64,000 bases of DNA from an uncultured Verrucomicrobiae bacterium (GCA_963718565.1 OY970364.1:192001-256000), one strand, 5' to 3'. Numbered from the stretch's first letter, positions 38,852-51,049 are shown. Program-made: numbers and translations. The notes: generated by a model not told the origin, from the sequence alone.

Positions 38852-40210
38852 TCAGGGTTCAGTTTTAGGTAAAATAAAGACTTTTAAAGGGTCAAAAGGA
38901 CCTTTGGAGAGTTCGACTAGCAAGGCTTCTTTGCAAAGGGACTTAAGCCGAATGCTAGCTGTTCTGTCGCTAACACTCCAAAGTTTTGTTGCTTCAATGA
39001 CCGAGATACGTTGATGCTGCCGCAGATAAGCAATCAGGGATTCTTGCCACGGTTGTTTTGGTTTAGATTGGACTGCTATCGGATAGAGGGTCACTCTAAA
39101 AAAGAGATCGAGTTCTTCAAATTTAGGCGAAGTTCCTCCTGATGCAAGGCAAACATCGCGCATACGCGCCAGTCCCGATCCCCATTGCTCGATGAGACGG
39201 AGTTCTCTAAAAACCCTTCCCAAGACGCGATTGCGGAGTTGAGAAACACCTGAAAGAGCAGTTTCTAAGCTTAACCCTAGGGGGAGGGGGCCAGGGTTGG
39301 TGATCTCCATGCGATCATCAAAGATCGCAATTTGGATGCAGGAGCGCATTGTCGAATAATCAGAATGTAGGACAGCATTGATGACAGCCTCACGCACGGC
39401 TTCATGCGGATACTGAGGAATGTCCTCTCTTCGCATAGCCTGGATGACAGCTTTCATTGAAGTGTTACGACGAATGAAGGCGAGAGCTTCATCAATAGCA
39501 ACAGGAAGAGGACTCTTGATGTCTAGATGGTCAATGGCACTTGATTTGGTTGTTCCTTCAAATCTGATGAGGCGAATAAATGGATCGGGGAACAATTCGT
39601 CGCGCCTTTTGCCGAAAAGCAATAAGCCCCCTTTGGTTGGATAGGTGTGTTCGTGATAGTCCGCAACAAGTTCGAGTGACCTAGCATTTGATTTCGTGCA
39701 AGATTTGCCGACAGGCGATAAGAGCTGATTCGCTAAATGTAAGTCTAGATCGTCAGGGGAGGCTCTCAAATCAGGAAGTTGATCGAATGAGATGTGTTCT
39801 TTCAATCGCTTGATTTCTGCGATCATGGAGGCATCTGCAATACGATTTGTCGATCCAAGGCGCACATAAACTCCGTTATTTTCTCCTTTATCTTTAAGAT
39901 AAAAAGGACCCAGATTGTGGGGCACGGTAAGGATCAATACGTCTTTCTCTCTCCAAGAAATGAACTGGATGTTGGGTAGGAGCGTTGGAGCTACGGAATC
40001 AGCGATAGCATTTGCAATGCGCTCTTCGTCTTGTAGAATGTTTGCAATTCCAATGACGTTTTTTGTCTTATCTTGGATGCCAATAACAAGCGTGCCGCCA
40101 GCAGTATTAGCAAAAGCGACGACCGTTTGGACGATTTTGGAAAGGGTATGGGCATTTTCTTTGAATTCAAGCGTCTTGCTTTCAGACTTTGAGAGCAACT
40201 CTTCTAGCAC
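38852..40210 (-). CDS. AlbA_2 (Schlafen-like) domain plus RecG-C/HATPase-like and HTH protein
   Basis: ESKTLEFKE, AFANTAGGTLVIG, REAVINAVLHSDY, RNRVLG, EQWGSG. Confidence 0.88.
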   Translation of the reverse strand: MLEELLSKSESKTLEFKENAHTLSKIVQTVVAFANTAGGTLVIGIQDKTKNVIGIANILQDEERIANAIADSVAPTLLPNIQFISWREKDVLILTVPHNLGPFYLKDKGENNGVYVRLGSTNRIADASMIAEIKRLKEHISFDQLPDLRASPDDLDLHLANQLLSPVGKSCTKSNARSLELVADYHEHTYPTKGGLLLFGKRRDELFPDPFIRLIRFEGTTKSSAIDHLDIKSPLPVAIDEALAFIRRNTSMKAVIQAMRREDIPQYPHEAVREAVINAVLHSDYSTMRSCIQIAIFDDRMEITNPGPLPLGLSLETALSGVSQLRNRVLGRVFRELRLIEQWGSGLARMRDVCLASGGTSPKFEELDLFFRVTLYPIAVQSKPKQPWQESLIAYLRQHQRISVIEATKLWSVSDRTASIRLKSLCKEALLVELSKGPFDPLKVFILPKTEP

Positions 40211-40659
40211 GGAATCCTCTCTTGTAGAGTCGACAATTTTTCTAGTAGCTCTTTAGGATAATGTGAGAGCAATTCAAGCGTTTTGTTTAGGTTCGCCCAT
40301 TGAAATTGGATGTGTTCATCACTTAGTTGAATGTTGCTATTCTTAGGAATTGTGCAGAGGTAGGTTGCAAAAATGAGCCCTACATCAGCACCAGTTGGTG
40401 CGACAATACGGATGTTTGTTAAAACCATCATAAAAGGGCGTACATCAAGGAGAGTTGCTATGCCTGTTTCTTCAAGAACTTCTCGTTTAAGAGTGGTTTC
40501 TAAGTGTTCTCCTTTCTGGATACGTCCGCCTGGGATGTCCCAACGAGCTTCTCTGGTGTTCCTAGATTTGTTAGGGTTTAGTTGCAATAAAAGTAATTGA
40601 CCACTTTCATTGTGAATCAGAGCTTTTGCGCCCAGATGGAAACAATCTTCTTGTGCCAT
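40204..40659 (-). CDS. NUDIX hydrolase
   Basis: PGGRIQKGEHLETTLKREVLEETGI Nudix box. Confidence 0.93.
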   Translation of the reverse strand: MAQEDCFHLGAKALIHNESGQLLLLQLNPNKSRNTREARWDIPGGRIQKGEHLETTLKREVLEETGIATLLDVRPFMMVLTNIRIVAPTGADVGLIFATYLCTIPKNSNIQLSDEHIQFQWANLNKTLELLSHYPKELLEKLSTLQERIPC

Positions 40660-40672
40660 GAAAATCTACCTT

Positions 40673-41470
40673 TCAATTTCTCTTGCGTCGTTTTGGTATG
40701 ATTGCCCTAGGGGATTTGCGAGGCTGCCACCCTTGGTGTTGTGTCTGCAGTTCTCTTAACTCTGCTTCCTGCGCGAGCTTATCGTAAGTATTAATATACT
40801 CACGAATTGGGTCTGGAAGTACTCTAGGCTGTTTCATGACCGTTGTTACGAAATCCTGGCGCGATACTGCAACCATCACAGCACGTTTTTTGGTTCGCCC
40901 TGGCAACAAACACCATAAGGTATTGCGCATCAAATCTTTTGAGTCGTTCGGTAAAGTACCCAGGAAATCAAAAATAACCATCACCGAACTCTCGATCCAT
41001 GCGATAGGAAAACATTCTTCAGGGAAATGAACCAAGAAGAACCCTTGTTTGTGTCCACGTATAAAGTTCTTCTTTCCTTCAAAAAAGCGGGGATAATCTC
41101 TCTTCAGACGTGTGCCATCAACAACCCACACCATATTCTGATAAAAGGTCTCACGTGCGGTTCGTTCCTGAGGGTCTAAATGCGAATGCTGAAACTCAAT
41201 CACTAACCCTTGATCAGTTTTCACATCAGCTCTATGTTCTTCGCCATTCTCAGCAGGATGAATCACCTCATGCCATTCCTTAGGAAACTTATTTTTCCAC
41301 TCGCAGTGCCACGGGGTTTCTGGCTCCCACCATGAATCACGTTCGCGTTCTCCAACGAGAGCCCAATGCGAGCTTCTCAATGTTCCACACTTTGCTATAA
41401 CAGGAAGACCGGTGATTTCGCATGTGCCAGTAAGACCTGATTTGGCTTCTTGACGTTCGCCATTTACTAA
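40673..41470 (-). pseudogene. CoiA-like nuclease; native start removed by IS3
   Basis: EPETPWH..WK, HRADV, IEFQHS, WVVDG; first codons of ORF-track call are IS sequence. Confidence 0.75.
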
Positions 41471-42806
41471 TATAATGGTCCCCAAAATTTAGACCACTGT
41501 CTAAGCTAATATCCTCCCAATGCGAGGAGGCCAAAATGGCCAAAACAAAAAAACAATATTCACCGGAGTTCAAGCTCAAAGTAGTACTAGAAGTGCTCAA
41601 GGGTGAGAAGACAGCAACCCAACTCGCTGGCGAGTTGGGGGTACATCCCGTAGTTCTGTCGGAATGGAAAAAACAATTTATTGAGGCAGGACCTCAGATT
41701 TTTGTAAAGACCAGGAGGTCTAGGGATACAGCAGAGGGCAAAGAAAAGGCCGAACTGTTCGAACAGATTGGAAGACTCAAGATGGAGAACGAGTGGCTTA
41801 AAAAAAAATTGGGGGCTTTGACCTGAATGAAAAACGGGCACTCATTGAACCTCACGATATCAAATTTTCCCAAAGAGCACAGTGTAAGCTCCTCGGAGTA
41901 TGTCGATCTGGATTGTACTACGAGCCACAGCAGCCTGGTGAAGAAGACTTGCGACTCATGTGCGCAATCGACAAACAGTACCTCGAAACCCCCTATTATG
42001 GGAGGCGTCGAATGACAGTGGCAATGAGAAAACTAGGATTTGTCGTGGGACAGAAAAAAGTGCGAACAGCGATGCAGGTGATGGGGATAGAGGCGATCTA
42101 TCCAAAGCCGAACCTGAGCGCTGGGAATAAACAGCATAAAAAGTTCCCGTATTTACTGAGGGGCCTAATTGTTGATCGTTCCGATCAAGCTTGGGCAGCT
42201 GACATCACTTACATTCCATTAACAAAAGGATTCGGATATCTGTTTGCAATCATAGACTGGTATAGTCGGTACGTGATTGAGTGGGAGCTCTCAAATCTGC
42301 TTGATACAGAATTTTGCATGGAGGCATTGCAAAGGAGTCTTTGGCAAAAAAGACCTGAGATATTTAATACTGATCAAGGTGTGCAGTTTACGAGTAGTCA
42401 ATTCACCGGGAAACTTGAAGAGAATGGGATTAAAATCAGTATGGACGGGAAGGGTCGAGCTCTTGATAACGTGTTTATTGAGAGGCTGTGGAGAAGCGTG
42501 AAGTATGAAGAAATTTACCCGAAAGGATACGAGAGCATGAAAGAGGTTCGATCGGGGCTGAAAAAGTACTTTGAGTTTTACAACAACAAGCGACCCCATC
42601 AGGGTCTCGATTATCGAACCCCAGCAGAGGTGTATTATGGGACATAAGAAAAAGAAAGGGGCTTTGCCCCTTGAACCCCAGCAAAGGGCTGACTGCCCTT
42701 TGCAAACCCGTGGGCTTTTGTATAGGGCCCTGGGAGTTAGATTAAACAACAGAGGAGATTAGCTTAGATTTCTCGATTTTTGGTCTAGACAAAAGGAACC
42801 ACTTTA
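41471..42806 (+). mobile_element. IS3-family element type B, copy 2 (orfA 41536..41826, orfB 41913..42647)
   Basis: Appears identical to 2352..3687; identical ORF translations. Confidence 0.95.
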
Positions 42807-42837
42807 GTTTACATCGCAATCAAGAGGGATCAATAAA

Positions 42838-43197
42838 ATGGAAATTGAGCAGCAGTCTATTTCAGAACAAATCCAGTTTTCAGACTTTCTGAAGGTCGAT
42901 ATTCGTGTAGGCACGATTATTGCTGTAGAGGATTATCCAGAAGCAAGGAAACCCGCTTATAAGCTTGAAATTGATTTTGGCCCTCTTGGGAAAAGGCGTT
43001 CTTCAGCCCAGATTACCCAGCATTATCGAAAAGAGGAGTTGATAGGCAAACAAGTCATTGCTGTGGTCAATTTCCCTCCAAAACAAATTGGAAAATTTAT
43101 GTCAGAGGTGTTGACTCTTGGATTGCCCGATGAAAAACAGCAAGTGGTCCTTCTAGAACCTTCACTGAAAGTGCCAAATGGCGGGAGGTTGTTTTGA
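42838..43197 (+). CDS. csaA: CsaA/Trbp111 tRNA-binding, export chaperone
   Basis: [37 protein letters not shown]. Confidence 0.9.
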   Translation: MEIEQQSISEQIQFSDFLKVDIRVGTIIAVEDYPEARKPAYKLEIDFGPLGKRRSSAQITQHYRKEELIGKQVIAVVNFPPKQIGKFMSEVLTLGLPDEKQQVVLLEPSLKVPNGGRLF

Positions 43198-43691
43198 AAG
43201 CCCCTGCTTTTAAGGTCCGAAATGCACACCCTGAAGATACAGGATTAATTCTGCAAATGATTCGAGAGCTTGCTGATTTTGAGCAGCTCTTGGACCAAGT
43301 CGTAACGGACGAGAAAACTCTCAAACATAGCCTTTTTAACGATCCAAAAGGACCTGAGGTTCTGATTGCAGAAGAGAGCAATCAACCAGTTGGTTTTGTT
43401 CTATTCTTCCACAACTTTTCCACTTTCCTTGGTAAGAAAGGGATTTACATTGAAGATTTATATGTTCGTTCAGATTATCGAGGGAAAGGATATGGTGAGC
43501 TGATTCTAAGAGAGATATGTGAGTTGGCAAGGAAGCGTAATTGCGGACGTGTTGAATGGTGGGTGCTTGATTGGAATGAACGAGCAATCAATTTTTATAA
43601 GAAAATTGGGGCAGTTCCGATGTCTGATTGGACTGTATTTCGGCTCACGGAAGACTCAATCAATCGGTTGATACTAAAGACTGAAAAATGA
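43194..43691 (+). CDS. GNAT acetyltransferase (diamine/SSAT-like)
   Basis: [35 protein letters not shown]. Confidence 0.9.
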   Translation: MKAPAFKVRNAHPEDTGLILQMIRELADFEQLLDQVVTDEKTLKHSLFNDPKGPEVLIAEESNQPVGFVLFFHNFSTFLGKKGIYIEDLYVRSDYRGKGYGELILREICELARKRNCGRVEWWVLDWNERAINFYKKIGAVPMSDWTVFRLTEDSINRLILKTEK

Positions 43692-44275
43692 AGAAGTTGA
43701 ATTCATCCGACTTGTCTCAGTTAGAGGTCTATTTATATTATTTCCACGTTTCCGAATTGAAGAAAGTCTGTGATCAATTTCAGCTCTCGTCTTCTGGGAA
43801 GAAGAAAGATTTGATTTTACGGATTTTGGCCTACTTCAAATCTGGCAAGAAACAAGAATTGATAGATTTTCCTGACAGCTCTAGAGCTTGCAAGGGAGAA
43901 AAATATCCGCTTGAACCGAAAATGAAAATCCTGATCGGAGCATATAAAAATGATCTTGCAACACGTCTATTTTTCAAGGAACTAATTGGGGATTATTTTC
44001 ACTTTACAGCTTTTGGAATTGACTGGATTAACGAGAGATGGGCACAGGGAAATCCACCAACTTATCAAGAATTTGCTTCTTTTTGGGAAAAGGAATATGC
44101 GTTTCGAAAAACACAGAAAGCAAAACCCAAAACAGAGTGGGCTTATTTAAATTTCATACAACGCTGTTCAAAAGAACATCCAGAATTTTCAAAAGCACAG
44201 ATTGTAAAGGCTTGGAAGCTCGAACGAAACTCTTGCATTCAGAAAGCCAAAATGATTCTTGAGAAAATTTCTTAA
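43688..44275 (+). CDS. SAP-like / DUF6434-like hypothetical protein
   Basis: ELKKVC...SGKKKDLILRI; YKND..TRLFFKELIG..FHF. Confidence 0.65.
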   Translation: MKKLNSSDLSQLEVYLYYFHVSELKKVCDQFQLSSSGKKKDLILRILAYFKSGKKQELIDFPDSSRACKGEKYPLEPKMKILIGAYKNDLATRLFFKELIGDYFHFTAFGIDWINERWAQGNPPTYQEFASFWEKEYAFRKTQKAKPKTEWAYLNFIQRCSKEHPEFSKAQIVKAWKLERNSCIQKAKMILEKIS

Positions 44276-44298
44276 AACAAGAAGAGGTTTTTCATCCT

Positions 44299-45000
44299 AT
44301 GGATAAGGAAAAGAAAATGATCGGAATTCTAGCAGGGATGGGACCAAAATCAACTGGGCCATTTGTTGACCAAGTGGTGCGTGCATTTCAAATGTTGAGT
44401 GGAGCCAAAGATGATATCGATTTTCCTCCTATGATGATCTATTCTCTTCCAACACCTTTTTACGTAGATAGACCTATCGATCATAAGCTTATGGAAATGA
44501 CTATTTGCGAGGGACTGAAGAAATTAGAATCTTGTGGCGTTGCCTTCATTGCTATGCCTTGCAATACAGCGCATCGTTATTTTCAAACGCTAAAACAGTG
44601 CATTCAAGTTCCTCTGCTGAATATGGTTGAAGTCACTTTGAGCCGTATTCCAAAATCAGCTAAAAAAGTTACTGTGCTAGGAACTCGATCGACGCTTGAG
44701 TCAGAGGTTTATCAGAACGGGCTTGCTCATGCTCGGTTGAATTGTGTTCTCAATCCTGGATGGCAAAAGAAAATTGATGAAATGCTCTTGAGTATCAAGG
44801 CTTCTTCAGACCATCTTGTCGCTACCAAGTTATGGAAAGAGCTTAGTGAAGAATTACGAATGGCGGAAATAGACACCATTGTTCTTGCATGTACCGATTT
44901 AAATGTTGTCATCAAAGGAGCGCATTCATCGATCAAAATAATTGATTCTTCCCTTGCTCTTGCTGAGGCAATTGTTCATCAATGGAAAGCGATTCATTAG
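44299..45000 (+). CDS. aspartate/glutamate racemase family
   Basis: GILAGMGP, MPCNTAH, LACTD two-Cys active site. Confidence 0.92.
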   Translation: MDKEKKMIGILAGMGPKSTGPFVDQVVRAFQMLSGAKDDIDFPPMMIYSLPTPFYVDRPIDHKLMEMTICEGLKKLESCGVAFIAMPCNTAHRYFQTLKQCIQVPLLNMVEVTLSRIPKSAKKVTVLGTRSTLESEVYQNGLAHARLNCVLNPGWQKKIDEMLLSIKASSDHLVATKLWKELSEELRMAEIDTIVLACTDLNVVIKGAHSSIKIIDSSLALAEAIVHQWKAIH

Positions 45001-46632
45001 CCTTTAACGTGATTCAAGGCGAGAAATGGGTGTGAAGCGATAGAGGTACACATTCAATAGGTTAGAGTGCATTAAGACTATGTTTCACACGTATACACCC
45101 TGTACACGTAGGATACAGGGTGGGACAAGTAATGGAGCGGGTCTACTTTTCTATCTGTGAGGACGCAATCACATAAAAGCGCTTTGATTTTGCTTCTGAT
45201 ATCGGTTTAGCAGAGCAAGTGAACTTGCCTTCAGCATCTTTCTTCAACAGTCCTCGATCGAAAAGGGTTTGTTTTACAAATTTCTCTTCTCGTCCCTTGC
45301 AAACTTCTCTTTTGAAGGTTTCTGGGAAAATATAGAACTCCATTCCTTCAGAGGTATGTTTTCGGAACCCAGATCGGTGATGAGTTCGGTATCCAGTCGA
45401 TGCTTCATCAGGATTATTAGCATACCAATCCGTAAAACGCGATTCTCCATGCTGTTCGAGGAAATATTCTAAATCGGCAAGTAATTGGGTGACTTCTTGA
45501 ATATCAGTACTGCCAAATACGGCTAGCCAATCGTTGAAACATTTCAATGCAGCCCGATGTGCGTCGCCTGGATTCCACCCGATTGCAGCCAAACCATCTT
45601 TGCCGAGATTGCGGGTTATGTTGCAGGCGATGGCGAACTCTCCAGCTGCGGCAACCAGGGCAAATCTCGCTGCAACTCGATGAATTTGGCCTGTTGCTTT
45701 TGGAGGCAGTGCCTCGTTCAAGAAACCTTCCATAGCCTTTTTTACAAAGGCTTTGGCATCGTGAATGTTTTGGGTAAGGATTTTAAGAAACTCTCTTCCA
45801 GCTGCGCCATAATATTTTTGAGCGTTCTTTGCTAGAGTATCTGCAAAAACTGAACCATTCGGAAGCCCATGCAGTTCCTCAAATAGCCCGTGCTTTCCTG
45901 TATCAGCAGGAATTTCTGCCAAGCGAATCTCTTGTCCAGCTTTTGATTTTTTGCCCGCCTGTTCCATGTGTGTAGAAAGGCCGATCTCTCCACTTGATAG
46001 AAACAGCACTCTCCAAGTCAATGGGTCTCTCAACCCCCCGTCCGCTTTAGCTCTGTTTTTGCCTGAACCATTGGCTAGCATATAGGCCGCATCACCAACG
46101 TCAAATGGGCTCATTTCTCCTATCTCATCCAAGCAGAGGATTGTGTCATTATGCTGGAATGCAATCCCTTCCAGTCCATTTGTTGTTGATTTCCACTTTC
46201 TCATAAAATCTTTCGATCCATAGACAGAAGAGCTTACGCGAAGGGCTGTTGTTTTGCCTGAACTACTGTGCGAATAGAAATGAAATCCTCCTCCCTCCAT
46301 TTCCATGAGATGTAGAAGTGGACCTGCAAACGAAGCACTTACAGAGAAAATTAATCTCGAATTGCCTACACAGAAGTCTGCAACGTGCTCTTGCCAATCA
46401 AGAAGAGTGCCTGAGGTAGCATAAGCGACAAAGTGGCAGGTTTTGCCTTGGATCACGATTTTTTCTTGCCCTAGATCACCTATATTCAAGTCAGGTAGCA
46501 CAAAGCCCTGCTTATGCCATCCAGTGCGAGAGACGCAGCGAGCTGTGTTTACAGGAGAGGAACGCTGCACGTAATCAGCAAGCCATTGCCTTGCTCGCGG
46601 CGATGTGGAAATTTCAAGACCAGCATTCATCA

Positions 46633-47811
46633 CTCACCTTACGCAAAATGGGCTCCAACCATATCGCAACCAGTTCTGAACCGCAGCCGTTCAAGTTCTA
46701 AAAATGCCATTCGATTTGCCTTTATCAGTAATTGATATTTCAGAGCAAAATGATTCAAAAAAGTTTGAGTTCGGAGAAATTCCAACTTGCAATAAGCGAT
46801 GATTGATGCAAAAATATGGTTCTTTTGAGAGCGCAGAACCTTAGTCGGCGATTTCTCAAGGCTAGTGTTCTGCTTGATCGATTTGTGATATTCTTCTATG
46901 CGCCACCGTTTTTGGTAGATTTCGTAGATTCGGTCAGCACTACTTTCTAAGTCATTTGTAACAAGGTATAGAGTGCCTGTAGAGCCGTCTTCGTTTTTGA
47001 AGATCTTTGTAATGAGTGCTACAGAAAAAGACATGTCTTTTAGCCAGACTATTCTTTTTTCTCCATCCTTGAGTGGTAATGCATTTAGATTTTGGTACTG
47101 ACCATTTTTTCTGTCCTCTTCAGAAAGAGCGACCAATCGATTAGCTTTGATCCCAATTACAAACTTCTTTTTCATATCATAATGAATAAACTCCATATTT
47201 TTTTTCGCTCCGAACCAATTATCAGACAATATATAGTCAAATTTAACCTTATTGGTTACAGCTTGGGCAATCATAGATCGAAACATTTGATTTTTACTGA
47301 CTGAAGACTGTCTTTTTACTTTTTTGCTGGCGACATCACAAAAAAGCACGTCTTTATAAATAGGCTCATAAGCAATGGGTAAGGCAATATCTCCGTAGCG
47401 AGCAAGACATGATAAAAGGTTGACCCCCTTCACACATCTTCCCTTGGCATGCGAGTAATGCCAACAAATAATCTCATTTTCGTCCGTGTAGGTCTTCTCT
47501 TCAATCGTGTCATCAAAAATAAGCACTCCTCCTACATCTTGTTCAATCTTGCGAATTTCCGGCTTGATGTATTCCCATAGCTCTTTGGATGAAAATTCAT
47601 TGCTGTTCAAAAATCTAGTAATTTTGTCATGACTAATCCGGCCTTCTAAGAGATCTGAGAGACCAACTGCTGTTGCATATTGATTCTGAGCAATCAAGTA
47701 ATCCGAATAGATATCGAGTAGTCTGTTCATTTTTTCTCCAAAAAATTGAACAAGACTACGAAAAAAAGACAGGCCTTATCAAGAAATTTTTACCGATTTG
47801 CGTAAGGTGAG
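46633..47811 (-). mobile_element. IS701-like element, full copy (transposase 46639..47730)
   Basis: Same IRs as 6730; direct repeat TTCATCA; three amino-acid differences from the 6811 copy. Confidence 0.93.
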
Positions 47812-48460
47812 TTCATCAGTGTACTCCTGAATTCAGCGCAATCTTTGGCCAACATTTCCATCGGCATCGGCCAAGTGTGATGAACTCCGTCAGCATCATC
47901 GAATTCAATGAGTTTCCCGTGATTTAACCCATTTTCGTCACGAATGCGGGCTGTGATTTGAATAGGAGACGAAATCCAAGTTTTACCTCCTTCATCTATA
48001 TGCCAAAGTCCATTTTCATCGACTTCAAAAGGGTTTTCTCCATGGATGATGGAGACATTTTCGACAGTCAGCAATTCAAGTTCCTTCCGTAGAGCTAAGA
48101 TAGCCTGTCTTCTTTCATAAAAGACCGCTTCGGTTTGAACTTGAATGGAGCTTTTGTTTTCACTCATTGGCTTTGTGTCAAAATCGCTTTCCGAAAGGAA
48201 TTTGTCATAGGCATGGATATCGCACATCAGCCGTGTGCTTTCTCGATAGATTTTCTCTTGGAGTATGGAGGTTTTAAGCTCGCGATTATTCTTCGCTTTA
48301 CCGACGGCAGTGAATAGCTTGTCATCGATGGGTATTTCTGAAATCTCAATCTGCAATTTCCAGGGATCGAGCAGAGTTTCCATTGAGCTTTTCTGTGCAG
48401 GAGGAGTTGCATACCCTTGATACCCGTCTATCCATACAGCACCTAATCGCATCAGCTTAG

Positions 48461-50527
48461 CCCAAGTTCGCGGCTTTCCCAGAGGAGCTATGCAAATTCG
48501 TCACTACATCTTGAATTAAACGAGTGTTTTATGACCTCTGAGAATTGAAGACGATAATCCCAGCGCCCTGTAAATCTCTATTTGCTCGCCTTCTGCCTTT
48601 GTAGTGCTGCGGTGGTAGAGCACCCTGCCTTCTGTTGTCTTGGCCCGCACAGTTACTCGGACTCGAGTAATCATGATATTACGTATTGTCTGCCACAAAT
48701 AGTTTATCCCTTTTCGAATTAATTGGTGCCTGCAGTGTTGGATTAGATGGTAGGCAAGTATGGTGATCCATAAATGCCCGTCCACTCGATGTTCCTTCTG
48801 GTGATAGACTGGACGCAATCCTAATGAGGATTTCATAAATCGAAACGCATCCTCAACGCTTCTGAGAACATTATACAATTGCCATAACTCTTTTGCTTCC
48901 AAATCGGTTCGATTTGTTCTCAGAAAATAGGAGCCAGTGAGCTTTTCTTGCATTTTTTCTTCGATCACCTTCCATTCCACAGCAATTGTGGTGAGCCCAT
49001 CTTCTGAAGGAATTGCATTGACTTCATAGCATCCTGAAATTCTCTTATGCTTTTCCTTGAGCCGACCTACCCGTTCAAGCACTTTGTTATGCTTCTTGCG
49101 CCCTTTAGGTTTGGAAAGACCATTCGCAAGTTTTTGTAGATCATCTTCAAATCGTTTTCTAAATTTTTTCTTCATCCCTGAGGCGACCGCTGCTTTTGCT
49201 TCAGATTCGCAATAGAGCCAATTTTCCTCATTACCATCCTGACTGATCAAGGCAGCTTTTACTAGGTCATGCTGATCACCTACTGAGACTAATTGTCCTT
49301 CAAATTCAACAACGGGAGGATCTTGTCTTGCTGAGACAACATACGTATATCTATTCTTGCGTAACCAGGTCAGATTCTCTTCGGTAGCAATCCCTGCATC
49401 CAATACAATAGTTGGCTTGATTAGAGACGAGTGAATACTTAGGCTCGCGATCATTGTTTGTAGGGTTTGGGGCTCTGAAGCATTTCCTGCAAGTAATGAG
49501 GTTTTGATGAGAAATCCGTGCTCATTCATGACTAGCCCTATAGTAATGAGAGGGCAATCATTTCGTTTTTCTTTCGAAAGACCATAGGCAGCTTTTGGAT
49601 TTGCCTCAGCCCGCCCTTCTGTATACGTATTGGTTAAATCGTAGAGAGCTATTGTACTTTTGTATCCATGAAATTGCTGTTCGATGGTTTCTAAAGCTGT
49701 TTCCAACCCGTCTTTATGAGACAGCAACGTATCGCTGATTTTATAGAGCTTGTGCAAAGTAGTTTTTGTAAAGTCGAAATCAAGTAATTCGCCAAGACCA
49801 CTGCTAGTGCATAGCCACCGATAAGCTTCCCTTTCGCTGCTTGGGTGTACAGCCCTGGCAACGATCGATCCCAAGGCAATTGCGGCATCTGTTTTTGAAA
49901 GGCCTAGTTTTTGCAGCTGTTCCGGCAGTTTGAGTTGATTTCCCATCTGAAGTAAGAGATGTTCCGCACCAACAGACCGTGGTTCAGTCTGTTCAATTGA
50001 ATGAACGTCGATATTGACAAATTCAGGTAGTAGATCTTGTTTTAGTTGTTCCGCGTTGTCTCCTGGGTCGGACAAACGACGCACAATCTGCGAGGTGTAA
50101 GATTGGGCTAGCTTTTGAATCTCTTCTGGATAAGCGAATAACGATTGCGCACTTGTAAGAATATCTTCAATGCATTGAGCGAGAAGTGCATGCTGTTCTT
50201 CTGGGAGGTTGATTTCGGCTCCCATGTATAGAAGCGCGCGTTGGCGCGGGCCTCTATCAGTCCTCACGGATTCAACCAAGTGAAAAGCAGAGTAGGTTTT
50301 TCCGCTCTTACGGTCTGTCTTGAGGGTTTTCCTTATATACATGCCCTCAGATCTTACCGATGGATCGAATTTATTTAAACATGAAATAATTATTTTACAA
50401 ATTTTCAGTCACTACAAATTCGCAAAAACAGCAAAGCACTAAAAATAAGGGACTTACGAAAGCAAAGGTTGATTTTAATGTTGTTGATTATGAGGGACTT
50501 AGGTCAGCTCTCTCGGGCGAACTTGGG
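48461..50527 (-). mobile_element. IS1634-like element (transposase 48516..50342)
   Basis: IR CCCAAGTTCGC/GCGAACTTGGG, direct repeat TTAG; LVESVR..GPRQR, YDLTNTY, LDAGI, VEDAFRFMKS.LGLRPVYH. Confidence 0.9.
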
Positions 50528-50682
50528 TTAGCTTTAATCGGAGGGGGCAGTTTTGTTTTTACTCTTATTAAGAGAGCATTTTTTGGGAAATCATTCCCAT
50601 TTTTTTCGTTTGATGGTATGTTCATTGTGTAACCTATTGCGTATAAGAGCATCGAGCTTGTCCATCTCGATGCTCTTTTTTT

Positions 50683-50880
50683 TTAGTTGCTTTTGTTTCT
50701 TTCCTCGACCCAGTCAAAAAATGCTTCTTCGTCGATCAAAATTCTTCTCCCCACACGTTTAAAAACTGTGTGGAAATTATTAAATTCGCCATTAAACACG
50801 TAATATCTAAGGGCCGCAGCAGTCGGCCACGTATGAAATTGTGGCCACTTCGTCAACGGGATCATTTTCTTCATCACCAA
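50683..50880 (-). CDS. Xis/AlpA-like DNA-binding protein (element C)
   Basis: WPTAAALRYYVF...KRVGRRILIDEEAFFDWV; AGGAGG RBS. Confidence 0.78.
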   Translation of the reverse strand: MVMKKMIPLTKWPQFHTWPTAAALRYYVFNGEFNNFHTVFKRVGRRILIDEEAFFDWVEERNKSN

Positions 50881-50974
50881 CCTCCTATTGGTTTGTTTTG
50901 TAATGAATGGCCCTACATTGGCATTTAATGACGAAAAAAAAGAGAGATGGTCAATAGAAGTATCCCCATTTGAC

Positions 50975-51049
50975 GACGAGGGAATTTTCTCTCGAGAAAA
51001 GACATTGACGAGGGAATGTGTCGACTAGAAAATGTGCTGACGGGGGAAT
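50975..51049. promoter_or_regulatory. three GACG(A/G)GGGAAT direct repeats spaced 32 bp
   Basis: Copies at 50975, 51007, 51039 upstream of the xis-like gene. Confidence 0.6.

Larger units (their letters stand above)
45143..50625 (-). pseudogene. DUF927-type helicase/replication protein split by IS701-like and IS1634-like insertions
   Basis: Removing each IS plus one target copy restores the frame (PIKAKLMRLGAVW and STLMNAGLEI); SSSGKTT, LDEIGE, YMLANGSGK.R, FLSSGE. Confidence 0.85.
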
